From: Tubulanus polymorphus
Lineage: Eukaryota; Animalia; Nemertea
NCBI RefSeq assembly: GCF_964204645.1
Contig: NC_134028.1
Span: 16,251,653 to 16,315,652 of the forward strand
Direction: 5' to 3'
DNA length: 64,000 bases
Positions within the stretch are counted from its first letter, which is position 1, and the number at the start of each line of letters is the position of its first letter. Both the position numbers and the translations under genes were made by a program. The notes below the pieces were generated by a model that was not told the DNA's origin, made no database searches, and was given only the letters and a program-made list of their open reading frames with translations. Positions 39,199 to 52,244 of this stretch are shown piece by piece.

Positions 39199-40186
39199 TT
39201 ATTTATTTTTTATCATGTTTACTAACCCAAAAATAATTGCACTTAAACTGTAATTAAAAATAAAACAATATGTTCCGCAGCAAAGTTAATAATGTTTCCT
39301 GCAGATTTCAATATAAAACCAACAATTGATGCAATAATTCCTGGTAATGCTGCAGCAGATTTTCTAGATAGTTCCCATAAATATTTTGCTAATTTCTTTA
39401 AACCATCTTTAACTTTATCTTGTATAGAATTATTATTATCTGGGGGTTTATCCGGTTTATTGGGAGTAGGTGTAGATTTTAAAGCATTTGATATTGCTAA
39501 ACCTATTGTTGTGAAAACCATAGTTACAGCTGTTAGAATTGAAAGAATTGTGATTCCTTCTAACTTAAATAATAATTTTATTCTATCTTTCAATGATATT
39601 TCAGAATTTGGTTTTATCAACAAATCTTTAAAAATAACTTTTAATCTATTAATATTATAATCATATGCTTTTAATAATGATTTAATTTTTTTCTTTTTGT
39701 AATGCTATGTTATATTCTAAATCATCTTTTTCTTTTTCTAAATATGCATAATAATCTAATTTTTCTAAAATGTTTTTTATAAGAGATATCAATATAATAA
39801 TCATCTTTCAAATGATAATAATATTCACCATCTAAAAACTTTAATTCTTGTACTAAAAGTCTAGCACCTTTATTATTTATATTATATCCAGATTCTTCAA
39901 ACACATGTTGGAAATTATAAATAATTTTATTATATTCTAAATTTTGCTTTAATAAACCTTGATTTTCATTTTCAGGATCTATTCTTTAATTTAATTTAGT
40001 TCTTCTATCAAATTCATCTGTTGATGGGGCTTTAGAACCACTATCTGCTAAATTAGAATTACGCGCTGATGAATTATCATCATCAATATCAGTTTCATTT
40101 AAATTGGGTTGCGGTTCATCAGGTATAAATCCTTCATTATTATTTCCCATGTTTTCCATTTCATAAGCTTCTCCACCTTCTGCCAT
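39199..40186 (-). pseudogene. Coiled-coil/membrane-helix protein, short variant (copy B)
   Basis: Conserved C-terminal ~140 aa; N-terminal and central parts differ from A and C. Confidence 0.7.
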
Positions 40187-41521
40187 TTACATAATAAAAA
40201 AATTAAAATATAATATTCCTCCGATTACAATTCCTATACAAGTTAAAGCTAATTTAGCATTTTCATGGGATTTATTATCATTATCAGTTTTAATTATATC
40301 ATGTTGAATATTATCAGTTTTAATATTTTTTGTAGTATTGTAATATTTTATTTTAGAATCATTATCCAATTTAATATTCTTAGTTCTAGTTTCTGTTGAT
40401 TGAATATGTTTTTTATTATTTTCGCCTTCCATTAATTTTGGAGCAGTAATAATCTTTTTATTTATATAATTTACTCCAAATGAATTACTTATTGTTGCAG
40501 TTTTAATTAGATTATTATAACCAATTATGTTTCCCATCTTTAATACTAAATCATTAGAAATAATTAATAGATTAGGGCCTAAACAATAATTTAGTCTTAC
40601 ATGAGATTTATCTAAATAATTTTGATATCTTACAATGTTTTCTGGAATCGATCTATTTTTATCATTATGAATTGAATCTTCAAATAATACTTTGAATTGT
40701 TTCTGCGCATCGAATGAAGTGTTATCATTTCCAACTATTGGTGATCTTGTTTCAACTTGCGCACCTAAAATACATATCAAATAAGTTCTAATAGATTGAT
40801 TTATTCTTTGTATACCAGCTTTTGTAAAACCTTCACTATTTTCTAAAATGAAATTAACCCAACCATTATTGTTTTGTTGTTGTATATTATTATAATATTT
40901 TGGTAATTCATTCCAATTTAGTGTTCTTATATCTGAATTTGTCATTATTTTTCCAAATTCTTTAATATATAATATTCCTAATCCACCCATTGTTCCAATT
41001 TTTGCTCTAAAATCATTATTTGAATTAATATTAAATTCATTACATAATTTATAAAACTTAGAAAAATTAATATTATTATTCAATTCTTTAAAATATTTTG
41101 AACCTGGTAAAGAACATTCTAATTCATCTAATATTAATTTTATTTGAAAATAAGTATGAAATCTAAAAAGTGATAACATCAATGGTAAACTTGGTTTGTT
41201 TAAATGATCATTCCAACTAATTCCACATACTGTTGTTGCACAATAAACAGCAACATTTAATTGGTTCTGCCAATACTTCATATTAGATTTTAATAACCAT
41301 TGTTTTGCCTCATTTAAATTTTTGAAATTAATTGTATACACATGAGATATATTTTCCATCTTAACATTAAAATTATTAGTTTCAGTAACATAAATATATA
41401 AATCAATTAATGAATTTAAAACTTCATTTCTATATGAAATATCTTTATTAAAATCTATTGCAGGAATATTATATTTAATTGATTTATTATATTGGAAAGC
41501 TTTTGGAAAACTATCTACCAT
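40187..41521 (-). CDS. Conserved 444-aa protein with C-terminal TM anchor
   Basis: Intact ORF; WQNQLN.AVYCATT.CGISW motif; C-terminal LALTCIGIVIGGILYF. Confidence 0.82.
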   Translation of the reverse strand: MVDSFPKAFQYNKSIKYNIPAIDFNKDISYRNEVLNSLIDLYIYVTETNNFNVKMENISHVYTINFKNLNEAKQWLLKSNMKYWQNQLNVAVYCATTVCGISWNDHLNKPSLPLMLSLFRFHTYFQIKLILDELECSLPGSKYFKELNNNINFSKFYKLCNEFNINSNNDFRAKIGTMGGLGILYIKEFGKIMTNSDIRTLNWNELPKYYNNIQQQNNNGWVNFILENSEGFTKAGIQRINQSIRTYLICILGAQVETRSPIVGNDNTSFDAQKQFKVLFEDSIHNDKNRSIPENIVRYQNYLDKSHVRLNYCLGPNLLIISNDLVLKMGNIIGYNNLIKTATISNSFGVNYINKKIITAPKLMEGENNKKHIQSTETRTKNIKLDNDSKIKYYNTTKNIKTDNIQHDIIKTDNDNKSHENAKLALTCIGIVIGGILYFNFFIM

Positions 41522-41537
41522 TTATATAATTAAAAAA

Positions 41538-41963
41538 TTAATAATTTATTAATTCTTTTAATAATTTATCTTGTTCTTCAACTGTTATATGGCCATTTAA
41601 ACTTATTATATAATCTAGTGTATTCTTTAATTTATTAATTTCTTTTATATTAGTTTTAATTTTTTCTTTATTACTTTTTATATTTAATTTTGAACTTATA
41701 CCAGTTAAAACACTTGATGAAAATCCTAACACGCCAATTGATATAGCTAAAGGTGTTAATGGGCTGAATATTGCTAGAAATGTTATTACAGAACTAATTG
41801 TAACCGAACCACTTATAATCAAATAATATATAATTTTACTTTTTAAATATTTTTTCTTTTTAACTTTTAAATCATTTTCAAATTCTAATATTTGTTTTTC
41901 TAAATATATTTTTAATTTAGTTTTATTTATATCATGAGGAATAATATCAATATTATCATCCAT
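41538..41963 (-). CDS. Two-TM coiled-coil membrane protein
   Basis: Intact 141 aa with two hydrophobic helices; present in A, B and C. Confidence 0.8.
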   Translation of the reverse strand: MDDNIDIIPHDINKTKLKIYLEKQILEFENDLKVKKKKYLKSKIIYYLIISGSVTISSVITFLAIFSPLTPLAISIGVLGFSSSVLTGISSKLNIKSNKEKIKTNIKEINKLKNTLDYIISLNGHITVEEQDKLLKELINY

Positions 41964-41983
41964 TTATTTAGCAAAAAAAATTA

Positions 41984-42406
41984 CTAATTAGTAAATTTAT
42001 ACGCTACAAATATAACAATAACTGTTCCGCAAAAAATCCATATTATTTCATATTTCTTCTGTTCATTACTTGGGGTATAATAATCTGATAATTTAGGTTT
42101 ATTTAGATGTAATTTTTCTTTATTTGTTACCGCGTTATATAAACTCATTGCATCATCAACTGATTGAAAATCTCTATGTAAAATCTTCCGATCATATAAT
42201 TCCTTGTTAATATAATCCATATAGTTTTGTCTCTTTTCTCTATATTCTTCTGCTGCTTTATTGTATTTCTCTAATGCTAAGTTATGTCTTTTTTGTTCTG
42301 TTAATGATCCATTTTTATCAATATGCTTAAATAAATATCCACCACCAGTAAATGCTAAAGCGTTAACAATTGCCGATCCTATAATAGTTATAACTGCAGA
42401 AGCCAT
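41984..42406 (-). CDS. Small protein with hydrophobic termini
   Basis: Intact 140 aa; homolog in copy A. Confidence 0.8.
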   Translation of the reverse strand: MASAVITIIGSAIVNALAFTGGGYLFKHIDKNGSLTEQKRHNLALEKYNKAAEEYREKRQNYMDYINKELYDRKILHRDFQSVDDAMSLYNAVTNKEKLHLNKPKLSDYYTPSNEQKKYEIIWIFCGTVIVIFVAYKFTN

Positions 42407-42430
42407 TCATTTAGTAAAATAATTATGCAT

Positions 42431-42840
42431 TTATATAGGAGGAATATGTTTTTGTTTTTCTAAATAATCAATTGTTAAATTAGATAAAGTTACTGCTAAT
42501 GTTAATTTTAAAATATCATTTATATCAAATCTATCAACATTAACACTTCCCATTTTAAATACTTTTTTTAATACCCATTGAATAACCAACAGTTCCAACT
42601 GATAGTAATGCTCCATTATATAATCCAGTTATTATCCACTTATTATCACTCATTTATTCATCAAAAAAATTACTGTCTTCAAAACATTTAGTTAACTTAT
42701 TTATGATTAATTCAACATTTATTTCATTATTAGTTTCATTTGTATATATTTCAATTATTATTTTTTTAATATCATCGATGATAAAATCTTCATCTAATTC
42801 ATAAAATCTTAAAGATTCTCTAATTAAATTAGTAATCTTT
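42431..42840 (-). pseudogene. 3' part of the homolog of 15898..16460
   Basis: VLKKVFKMGSVNVDRFDINDI...DYLEKQK; truncated by the insertion at 42841. Confidence 0.7.
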
Positions 42841-43105
42841 TTAGGGTTTTCTGTTTCTTCACAGAAAACCCTATTGAAATTCGCGTGATTATTATTATTT
42901 TTTTTAAACCCTTTTCCACACAGTTTTTGTTAAAAGTGTAAAGGCTTCCTTACCTTACCGCTGTCGCCGATACAATCCGTATGATATCCTTCAGCCCACT
43001 TCAATCTCCAGATACTGCATGGGAATTTTGATAAATCCACGTTATAAAGGCACTGTCAAGCCGTAAACATCGGAAATTTGGCTCCGTTCAATTAGTAGCC
43101 ATGTT
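42841..43105 (+). mobile_element. 5' fragment of the Helentron-type family, at a large deletion
   Basis: TTAGGGTTTTCTG...CAGAAAACCCTATTG plus (TTA)n; inverted homolog of ~14600-14870. Penton, SSB and polB 3' end are missing here. Confidence 0.75.
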
Positions 43106-43109
43106 GTGT

Positions 43110-46100
43110 TTTCTTTCCGCAATTTTCACAAGTCTTACCATAGAATGCATTGTTCATTAACTTGAAGGAATCTTTCTCAAAATCAGTTTTAGCTTCAGTT
43201 CTCTGTTTGGTGTTAAAATCTATATATTTTTCTAACCACTTAGATTGACTAAATGAAATATATCTATGTACTTTTTTTTAGAATCATTCCTTGTTTTAGA
43301 TAAAACTTTAACATTCTATAATGTACTACATAATTATATTTATCTTCTTGAGTTACCAATTACTTTTCTGTATGAATATGATTTTCGGGTTTAATTCTTT
43401 TTTGATAATTTGATAATTCTTCATGAGTTACAGTTTTATGTTCGGGACAGTATGCTAGATTTCTAGATTTAAATTTAATATGTTCAGGATATTCTAAATC
43501 TACAACAAAAAAGTAATCAGTATCTGAATCATCTGCAATATCTAGGATTCTTTTCTTCCAATCAAATTTATCATTATTTTCATGTTGTAAAACTTCACTT
43601 ATTTCAAATACTCCATAAGGTTGTGGTTCCATCATTGCCCAACCATACAAATTATTTGCATCTATATATAATAATTTATATCCAGGGTTATCATTTACAT
43701 TGAAATTTCTATCACCTAATACACCTGAAACTCTTCCTCTTATAGATTTTTCAAATAATAATAATTGATCTATATTTGTTAACAAATCCATTTTTATATC
43801 TGTAAATTTTAAACCACAATCCCATGTTAAACCTGGACTAGAATAACAATGACAAGGATCAATTTTAAAATATTTTAGGTTTACATCTCTAAACCTTTCG
43901 AATATATCAGTTGATAATAATACATCTGATTTTAGATATGAATCTACTAATTTTCCATGATTTTCTATTTTGAAATGATTCCAAATATTCAATGTTCTAT
44001 TATATACTTCATCTTTAACATATTAATTTTTTAATTCATCATAGAATTGTTCTTTCAATAATTCAGTTATGTTAAAATCATTATGATTTTTATAGAAAGA
44101 ATATGGAATCGCTCCTTTATATCTCATTAATTGAAAATCATCATTATTTGGATAGTGTTGTTTTAATATTTTTAATTCATCATCAACTAATGATTTTGAT
44201 AAGTTATCTAATGAACTATTTAAAAATCTATATGAATCTATAAATCTTAGGCAACCAAATTGGAATGATATATAATTCTCAGATGTTTTACCTAACATTT
44301 TAAATTTATAAGTTGGTATTTTATCTTTTGATCTAATGATTTAATCTTTCTATTTCATTATTGATTTCTTCTATTTTATGGCATAACTGTTTGATGAATA
44401 AATGTGCATCATATCCTGATAAATTATGAAATATAACTGGTACAAAGTTAATTTTCTTAGCTTGTAAGTTACAATTCTCATGTGCAGCGCCTCTAAACTT
44501 TCCGTTCAAATGATCATGGTCTCTTACTTTTTTATCTTTTTAATTAAATATCTTTTCACAATAATAACATTTACCTGTAAACACGAATTCTTCTTTATCT
44601 TCTTCTGTCATTATAATTTCTATATTTGCATTCAATAATTTACTAAATCTTATTTCATATTCAATTAATAAGTCACAAAAATGATTGATAACATTTTCAT
44701 TTCTATAATCATAATATTCACTTTCAATTAGTTCTGGATAATCAGATTTTATATATAACCCGAAAGCTGCAGCTCATTGATGAATCTTTTTAATAGTATT
44801 TGTTTTTGGTGGTTCTTCTAAAAAATCATTTTCATAGTTTAGTTTCTTTCTTTTATAATATATTTCTTTTCTATCTTGATCAGTTAGTTCTTTATTTAAT
44901 GATTCAAAATCTCCATATATAACAAATGGAACTTTATTTTTGTAATCACATTTTTTGAATTCTAATATTTTATCCTTTTCATTTGGTAAAACTAATTAAC
45001 AATAATCATGATTTTCACATAATTGTTTATGATTTAATAATGTACTTTCATTACTGAATTTATGTAAACATTTTCTACATAGATATATTTTATTATGGTG
45101 ATCACTTTCTGTTCTAAAGAATAAATCTATTTGTTTAATCCACATATAATGATTATCATAATATAATATATCTATGACATCGTTTGAATCATAATCTTTT
45201 GATAGATATAAAGGTTCTAATGTATAATGTTTTTTACTGTTACCTTTTGTATTTGGTAATTTGATTAAATCAAATACATTTATCTTTATATTATCATCTC
45301 TTTCTATTTTTGGGATGTTTTTAATTATAACGGGATACTTATCTATCTTATAATTATTTTCAAATTGTTTATAATGAGTTAATCTAAAACTATGTTGTTT
45401 ATAATCTTCAACTGGGTGTAAACAACTTATTATAGCCCATAGAAAACATTTATCATCTTCATTTTGTACATTTATTACAGCATTAGTTTTAAATGGTAGT
45501 TTAATATAACTCGATGCTTCAATATCTGGTTCTTTATAATATGATACATTATTTTCATCAATTGGTTTTGATTTAGTTAACTTATTATATTTTGTGTTAT
45601 AAACATGTAAAGTCATAAATATTATTTCATCAAATATTAAACCAGATCCTTCAAAATATTTCTCTTCTATTTTAGTTTTTACTTCATTATAACATTTATC
45701 TAATTTATCATCTATATGTTGTTTAGATATAATATGTTGTGAATGAGAATTTATATTATATATTGGTTTATCTTCAGATTTTATAAACTTTACTTTAGAA
45801 GATATACTAATTTTAGGATATTCAACATCAGTTATTATTTTTATTATTTCTTTCATATTTTCTAAATGTTTTTTATTTTCTTCTAATGTTTTTCCTTTAT
45901 GAAATTTAAACTCAATAGCTGCTGGACCAATATCACTTTTAAATGCTTCGGTTATCTCTATATCTTTTTTATTATCTTATGAATTAATATATTTTCTTAC
46001 ATCTTCCATGTATGGTCTTTTATTGTTTAATCTATTTTTTATGTTTTTAATTGTCTTCTGTTTCTTATCATTATCTTTATCAAAATAATCTTCACCTAAA

Positions 46101-46366
46101 CTATCATTATTCATATTTCCAATATGACTTTTAGATTTTAAATGTTCTTTATAATATCTTTTATCACTGAATGATTGATTACATGTATCACATTTATATG
46201 TTTCTTTTTCATTCTTTAATTCATCTAATTTAGTTTCTAATATATCATCTTTATATTATAATTTCAATTTATTCTCTAAATGTGTTTTAGTTTTATTGTG
46301 TCTTGCTTTTTGGGATTTATCTATATTGATTTTACATGTTGGACAGTAGTACTTATTTGCTTCCAT
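43110..46366 (-). pseudogene. Protein-primed family B DNA polymerase (copy B)
   Basis: Zinc fingers, DDKCFLWAI, DHDHLNGKFRG (EndoVII-like insert), FHNLSGYD, FIDSYRFL, YLKSDV, YIDANNLYGWAM (motif A), KLMNNAFYGKT (motif B); many stops and frameshifts. Confidence 0.95.
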
Positions 46367-46622
46367 TTTAATACTAAATTTTTTTATCAAAATTGATTTT
46401 AGAAGTTCAATGATTTGAATATGAATTATTTCAATCACACTTTACTGACACTTTTAATGTTTAAAAATCTCATACAAATATAAATATTGAAATAATGTTT
46501 AAAATATATCTATATATCTATTCTATAAGAGCTCGTACTCTCGTACTCTGATCTGAAAGCCTACTTTTCTAATTACTTATATATGTTATTCATTTATATT
46601 TTATCCATGTGAATATTTTAAG

Positions 46623-46816
46623 AGTAATAGGGGTAATGGGCTTTCAGGTTAAAGGTTGAAAGGTTGAGAAATTTTCCAAATGAGAAAATAATAATAATTT
46701 CTACTTGAGTTAGGAGTGTACGCGACTAATTCAAGTAGAAATTATTATTATTTTCACATTTGGAAAATTTCTCGACCTCTCGACCTTTGATCTGAAAGCC
46801 CATTACCCCTATTACT
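46623..46816. repeat. Terminal fold-back palindrome of copy B
   Basis: 91-bp arms at 46623-46713 and 46726-46816 (about 7 mismatches), 12-nt loop GAGTGTACGCGA. Confidence 0.93.
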
Positions 46817-46994
46817 AACTCACAATATATTGCAAAGTTGTTACCCACGACTGACATTTTCTATAATTGTGGTGATTTTCAAGGACATAGTTGAAATCAT
46901 CAGATTGTTAAGCACGACAGTACCACTTTGCAAGTGCATATGACGTCCCTACCCAGTTATATGTATAATGATCAGATCTTCAGTTAATTTTTAG

Positions 46995-49380
46995 ATGATA
47001 AGGCAGTACCTGATACTGTTCGGACCAGTAGGCCTACTTGTTACCAGCCGATTCGATGGGCTAAGGCCTTTCCAAATAAATTCAGATAGACTAAGAGTAC
47101 CGCTTGATGATCATAGCAGACCAGATCCAGCACACCGCCGTGAATTAGTTCGGGAAATCTTGGATGTCATTCTAACTATGCTGGTTGGTGCTCCGTCCAG
47201 AGGACCCGTTCGAACAGTTTCATTGAACGTCATGGACCAGTTTCCTGATTCATTACAGGACATAGATATCGCGGGACATATTGTTGCGACGGGTTATTAT
47301 AATCTAGAAAATCAGGTCGAGAATCGTGTAAATAATGAATTCCGCAAGCGTCGTTCCTACATATATCCCAATAACAAAAGACAATCAAGTGATGAATCTG
47401 ATAAAGATAATCGGAAGAAAAGACTGAAAGTTAGCTATGGCTGTGTCAATTGGGACCCTGCTCTTCCTGATATCTCCAGGGAGAAAGTTGTCGAGATGAG
47501 TATCGGAAAAGTAGTCTAGTTATGTCATCCGTTCGGCAAAAATGGATTTGATATATTCATTCATACGCACAGATTCAGCTCGGGAATGAATACCTTAACT
47601 TTAGTTGATGAGTATCCATTCATGCAGAATGGTCTAATACCGTTAAAACACTCTATTAACCGTTACCAATTCTGATAAGCAGAAAATTCTGATTTCTGTC
47701 ACATACAACCAATATGAGATAGTAAAACGATACCTACCCCAAAAATAAATTTTGGCCCATTTGACCTAGTTTTCTGAAATGTTGCGAATTAGCTACATTG
47801 GTCACCAAAGTAAAAAATTGAGAAAATTTCTTTCAAATTCATCTTCATTTTCAGATGCAAAATTGCAACAGTACCATTAACTTCTTAACATGGAATACCA
47901 AAAAATAGTTTCAGTTGTTGCTCAAGCATTGATTTATAAAAAAATTTGGACATCTGAGGTCAATAGAGGGTTAAATAATTTTGAAAAGTTAACGAGTATT
48001 TCATTGATTTGTCTCGATGAAGGCTTACATCGCCAAAATAAGGGTCATAGAATACATCAATATATGGCTTCTTGTAAAAGTGATTGTATATAAAATTGTT
48101 TTAAAAGATATCGACTTAGAATGCAAGTGGCTGGATCATTTCTTCTTCCACTTGCATATCTCAAGGAACCTGAATACAGTTTCGTCAGATTCTATGGGAT
48201 AAGAAGTCATCATTATAAGTTTTTGGCCGTAACTAAGTTTCTCCATTAGAAGGCTAGAACATGACATTTTTATTCAGTAACACATATTTCTACTTTGATA
48301 GATCGAAGGAAGTGCGTCCGATATTCAAAACGATTATGAGAAACCTGAAACCCCATTTATAGCTGTTTTTGGTAAGTTTTCCTTTATACTGTAGAAAATG
48401 CATTATGATATTATCAGGTTTTTGAAAACTTGATTTACACTTATATATCGGTGAGGTTACCGATAATCTTATCTACATGTAATTTGTTTTTACATGTGTT
48501 TTGTTTTGAGCAATCCTATGTGATGTAAGTTTTCCATTGTTATGATTTTTGCAACCTGGTAGTGTTATGTATAGGGCTAAAGTGATATTGTTGGGTTTAT
48601 TGATAGTAATTAATACGCGTAGATAGAATAATATTCATATAAAAGAGTGTTTCACTTGTATGAATATTTCATTACACCCAGTTATATCTGTTGGTTTAAA
48701 TTTTCAGGTAACCCCATCTTTGACACTGAGTCTTATGTGATATGTCTCGACGGGAGAGCCTTCTGCAATGTGAATAGTTTCAGTGGAGCTGTAGGCATTT
48801 TCTTTTCTTTTTTTATGTTTTCAACATAGAATATCCAGAAAAGTTACAAGCTACCATGGAATTTATTCAGCGGTGAGTAAAAATGTTGTTAGTCTAATCC
48901 TGGAGAGGTGACATTCTATTCTACAGAGCGCGCGCATTTTTCGTCAGTGGAAGTTATGTAAAATTTGTCTAAAACTTGGTCAGTGAAATGGAATAAGTCC
49001 ACTGATTAAACATAATTTGTCGAGATCCTCGGTTTCACCAAGGCAGACATTTTGAATATCTTGTTAGGGCTACACACTGTGCAATTTTCTTGAAACTTGG
49101 AAACAGTGATGGGCTAGGAACATGGCCTATTGAAAAGAAAAAGAAATCGCTTATTCAAAATGACCATCATAACTTTTAACAAACCTGAATGACGCACGTT
49201 GTGTTCCACTTTGTAGTTACAATTACAATATAACTCAATTTATTGCAGGATACTGGTTGGAATCAACCCACAAAAGGGCACACGAGTAGGGGAAAGAAAG
49301 CCACAAATATAAATCCGAGGGTTTTGGCCCTACAGAAACCTCTAAGATTTTGAATAAGATTGGCTCTGTGAGTTTGAAAT
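46995..49380 (+). pseudogene. SAMD3-like accessory gene of a CACTA/EnSpm-like transposon (spliced, decayed)
   Basis: RRELVREI...FPDSLQD...GYYNLENQVENRV...YGCVNWDP; exon ~48700-48872 YVFNIEYPEKLQATMEFIQR followed by GTGAGT donor; next exon ~49249 LVGINPQKG. Confidence 0.62.
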
Positions 49381-52244
49381 GAAATTTCTCATGATACAAA
49401 ATGAAATCCTCCCCAAGGAAGGGCTGCAGTTATCAAGAATTTAACAGATAATAGATATTAAAAAATTTAACTTTGATTACTATTTCATTGTTTTTGTTCT
49501 TTCAGTTTTGAGTGGGTTGGTTTAGTTATACATGTGTAAAATTTTCAAGATTCGGTTAATGTAACGATGGCTTAAAGAGAATTTAAGTGTTTCAGTAAAA
49601 GCTAGTGGTTTTCATTTAGTTTATGGTGTTAAAGCTGGGTTCCCTAATCAATACAAGTAAGATTTACCAATGTATAAGCATGGGCCATACGAATAATTCC
49701 TGTTTCGTGTATTAAATTGTCGCAGATTTTACAGCTAGAGGGTTCGATTACTGGGACACATTAGTTTTTTTCGTGGATCTACGCTTGCATTTATACTCAA
49801 ATGTGCTTTTTGAGCGTTTCAATGATTTGATGAGTACACGTACGTACAGAGTAAACTTGTGAACTACTAAATAGGAGCGTTGCAAGTATCTTTGAAATTA
49901 GGAGAAACGGTTTTAAGGTGTATTTTTAACTACTTGGATTTAGGATCCACCATCGAGATTAAGAACTACGAGTCATCATCGCCATTTTAAAAATAGCTGA
50001 TCATTGGGCTTTGTAATACTTTCACAGTAATGAAGCGTATAATTATAATAAAATTTCCAATATAGTTGTAAATATCGCTATGGAAAAAGTAACATAGATC
50101 AGATTGTTTGTAGAGATTTTAATTTTGTTATCCCTATCACAAATTCGGTAGAATAATGAAAATAACCTTACCGATTCGGATTTGCCATATTTGCTTGAGT
50201 TTGCTCCATAGTTTTGCCATCAATGTTAATTTCACAAGGAGCACCGGGTGCAAGGAATTCTCTGAAATGATAATGCATATGGATATTAGGATGGGTGTGC
50301 ATGGATAACATACCCACTAGAAACCCGATGAAGCTCTTGTGCCATCACCCTGATTGCAATAACGATTAGAAACTTAGATTACCTGTATAACCATGATTCA
50401 TAATTTCTACATGATATCTAAAACTATGTTTGTTGATAACATAACAGTGAGCGTATTGAATCTAGAATGCTTAGCACATGTATGATATAATTACAATTAT
50501 AATCAATATAAAAGACATACCATAATGTATATGACTACGCAATGAACTTAAAACCATGTATGCTCATCTATCTCAGGGCAGTGCTCATCCACACATCAAT
50601 TACTAATTTGTGTGAAGTGTTATTACATTTCTTGTGTATCTAAATTGCATAGTTTTTGACTCATGTTTACCATAGCTCCTCCTAGTGGTCAAAATATTAT
50701 GTACTTGATACGTGGATCAAAATAGGCGACTAAGTTCAAAGTACTGATGTACCGGGTACCAAGTGTAGCCGAAATAGCAATTAAAGAAACGAAGATACGG
50801 TTCTTTTGAATATAGTCCTTTTGCTTTATCTGTGGGGACTATAGAAGCTCATCATTATCAATTTCGATATAGTCCTATACTATAAAATACTATATAATAC
50901 CAACTATACTGAACTTTAGAACATCGAGAAAACGAAGATAGGTGTTCATTGCCGCCTTGAAGAATAACAACTATATATTGCTTAATTGCGTAAACAATGA
51001 AAAATGTAATGTTCACAAAACACATAAGCATAAGCATCAACAAAGTCAATTGGAATGTAAAAACATCGACAGCTGAACAGTAGCTATCTCGCCATATGGC
51101 GGGGCGAGCAGTATGTCGTCCATTGTCAAAATTAGTTCATTTTCAAAGAACTTTTAAACTGGAGTTTTAGACTCCCTAATCCACATATCATCTCAACAAC
51201 CACCAACTAAACAACACTCATTCTTCTAGTCGGATATCGTATAGCTTTCACGAGTAATTGATTCATTAAAGAGAAAAGTTCCTTCAGAATGTACAAGAAA
51301 TCGATGCTGACGACTAACTATCTACTAGCTAACATGGCGCATCCATGCCTGTCATACACAGAATCCTCGATTGCCTCAGTGTCACTGCGGGTACTCAATT
51401 GCAGTAATATAAATTGAACGGCAACGAGTTCAGCCCCGATATTAATGACGAAGTGCACACAATATTCCAAAGAAGAAATTCATAGACTTTGACAATTTGA
51501 GCGTATTCGACCACAATAGCCAACAATTTGGATGCAAAAATCTATCCATCTTTAGCTTGAGTCAAAACAACATCACCGCGTCGTGCTCACGTGTAGAATA
51601 TATGAAAATCTTAATCTGCTGTGATGTTAGTTAGTAATTAGGAAATGGCAACTCGCCACCACTTTTAATTTGGTTTCCTTTAAAGTGGGAGACAGAAAAG
51701 CATTATTGACAATATATAACAAAATAAAAGCAGCAAAAAACTATTTGAAATGAAAACAAGAGGCCCATGGGCCTTGAAGCATTGGTAGATTATACTATGT
51801 TATTAAGTGGTTATAATGTTTTACATCTGCCGGCAAATCTTCTATGACGATGTTGATTGGGAGGACCACAGACTTAAAGGTCTATTCGTCTAGTACGATT
51901 TTATTCCTGAAAATGAATTTATTTTCTGCCAAACGATTTAGCCTAAGCTATTTGGACTGTTAAACCTCATTAATGCGATTCTGTTAAAAAGACGAAACTA
52001 GTTTATGCTGATGTTTTCTATCATGTCCCAGCCAAGATATTTATATCAATCAAGATTTGGATACAAAACCCATTTTTACGCATGAACTGTTAGGCCCCAC
52101 TGAATAATGAAAACAAAAACAGAACGATTTATCTGAATGCAATTGCAAGACCCTCTGATCTTAGAGCTCCAAGCTCTGATGCATGTACGCATGCAAAACG
52201 TCGCAGAGAGCCATGCCGGCGTTGGTATCACTGAGGCCGGCTGA

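Larger units (their letters stand above)
31803..46820. mobile_element. Polinton/Maverick-like endogenous virus, copy B
   Basis: ~160-bp inverted repeats at 31803-31965 and 46420-46577; outer hairpin 46623-46816 ending ...ACTAACT (reverse complement AGTTAGT); gene set colinear with copy A. Confidence 0.93.

Noticed and set aside
31790-46830. 6-bp target-site duplication for copies A or B
   Set aside because: Flanks at each candidate end (AAAGAC, TATATA, CACAAT, CACACT) do not match; outer left ends appear truncated.
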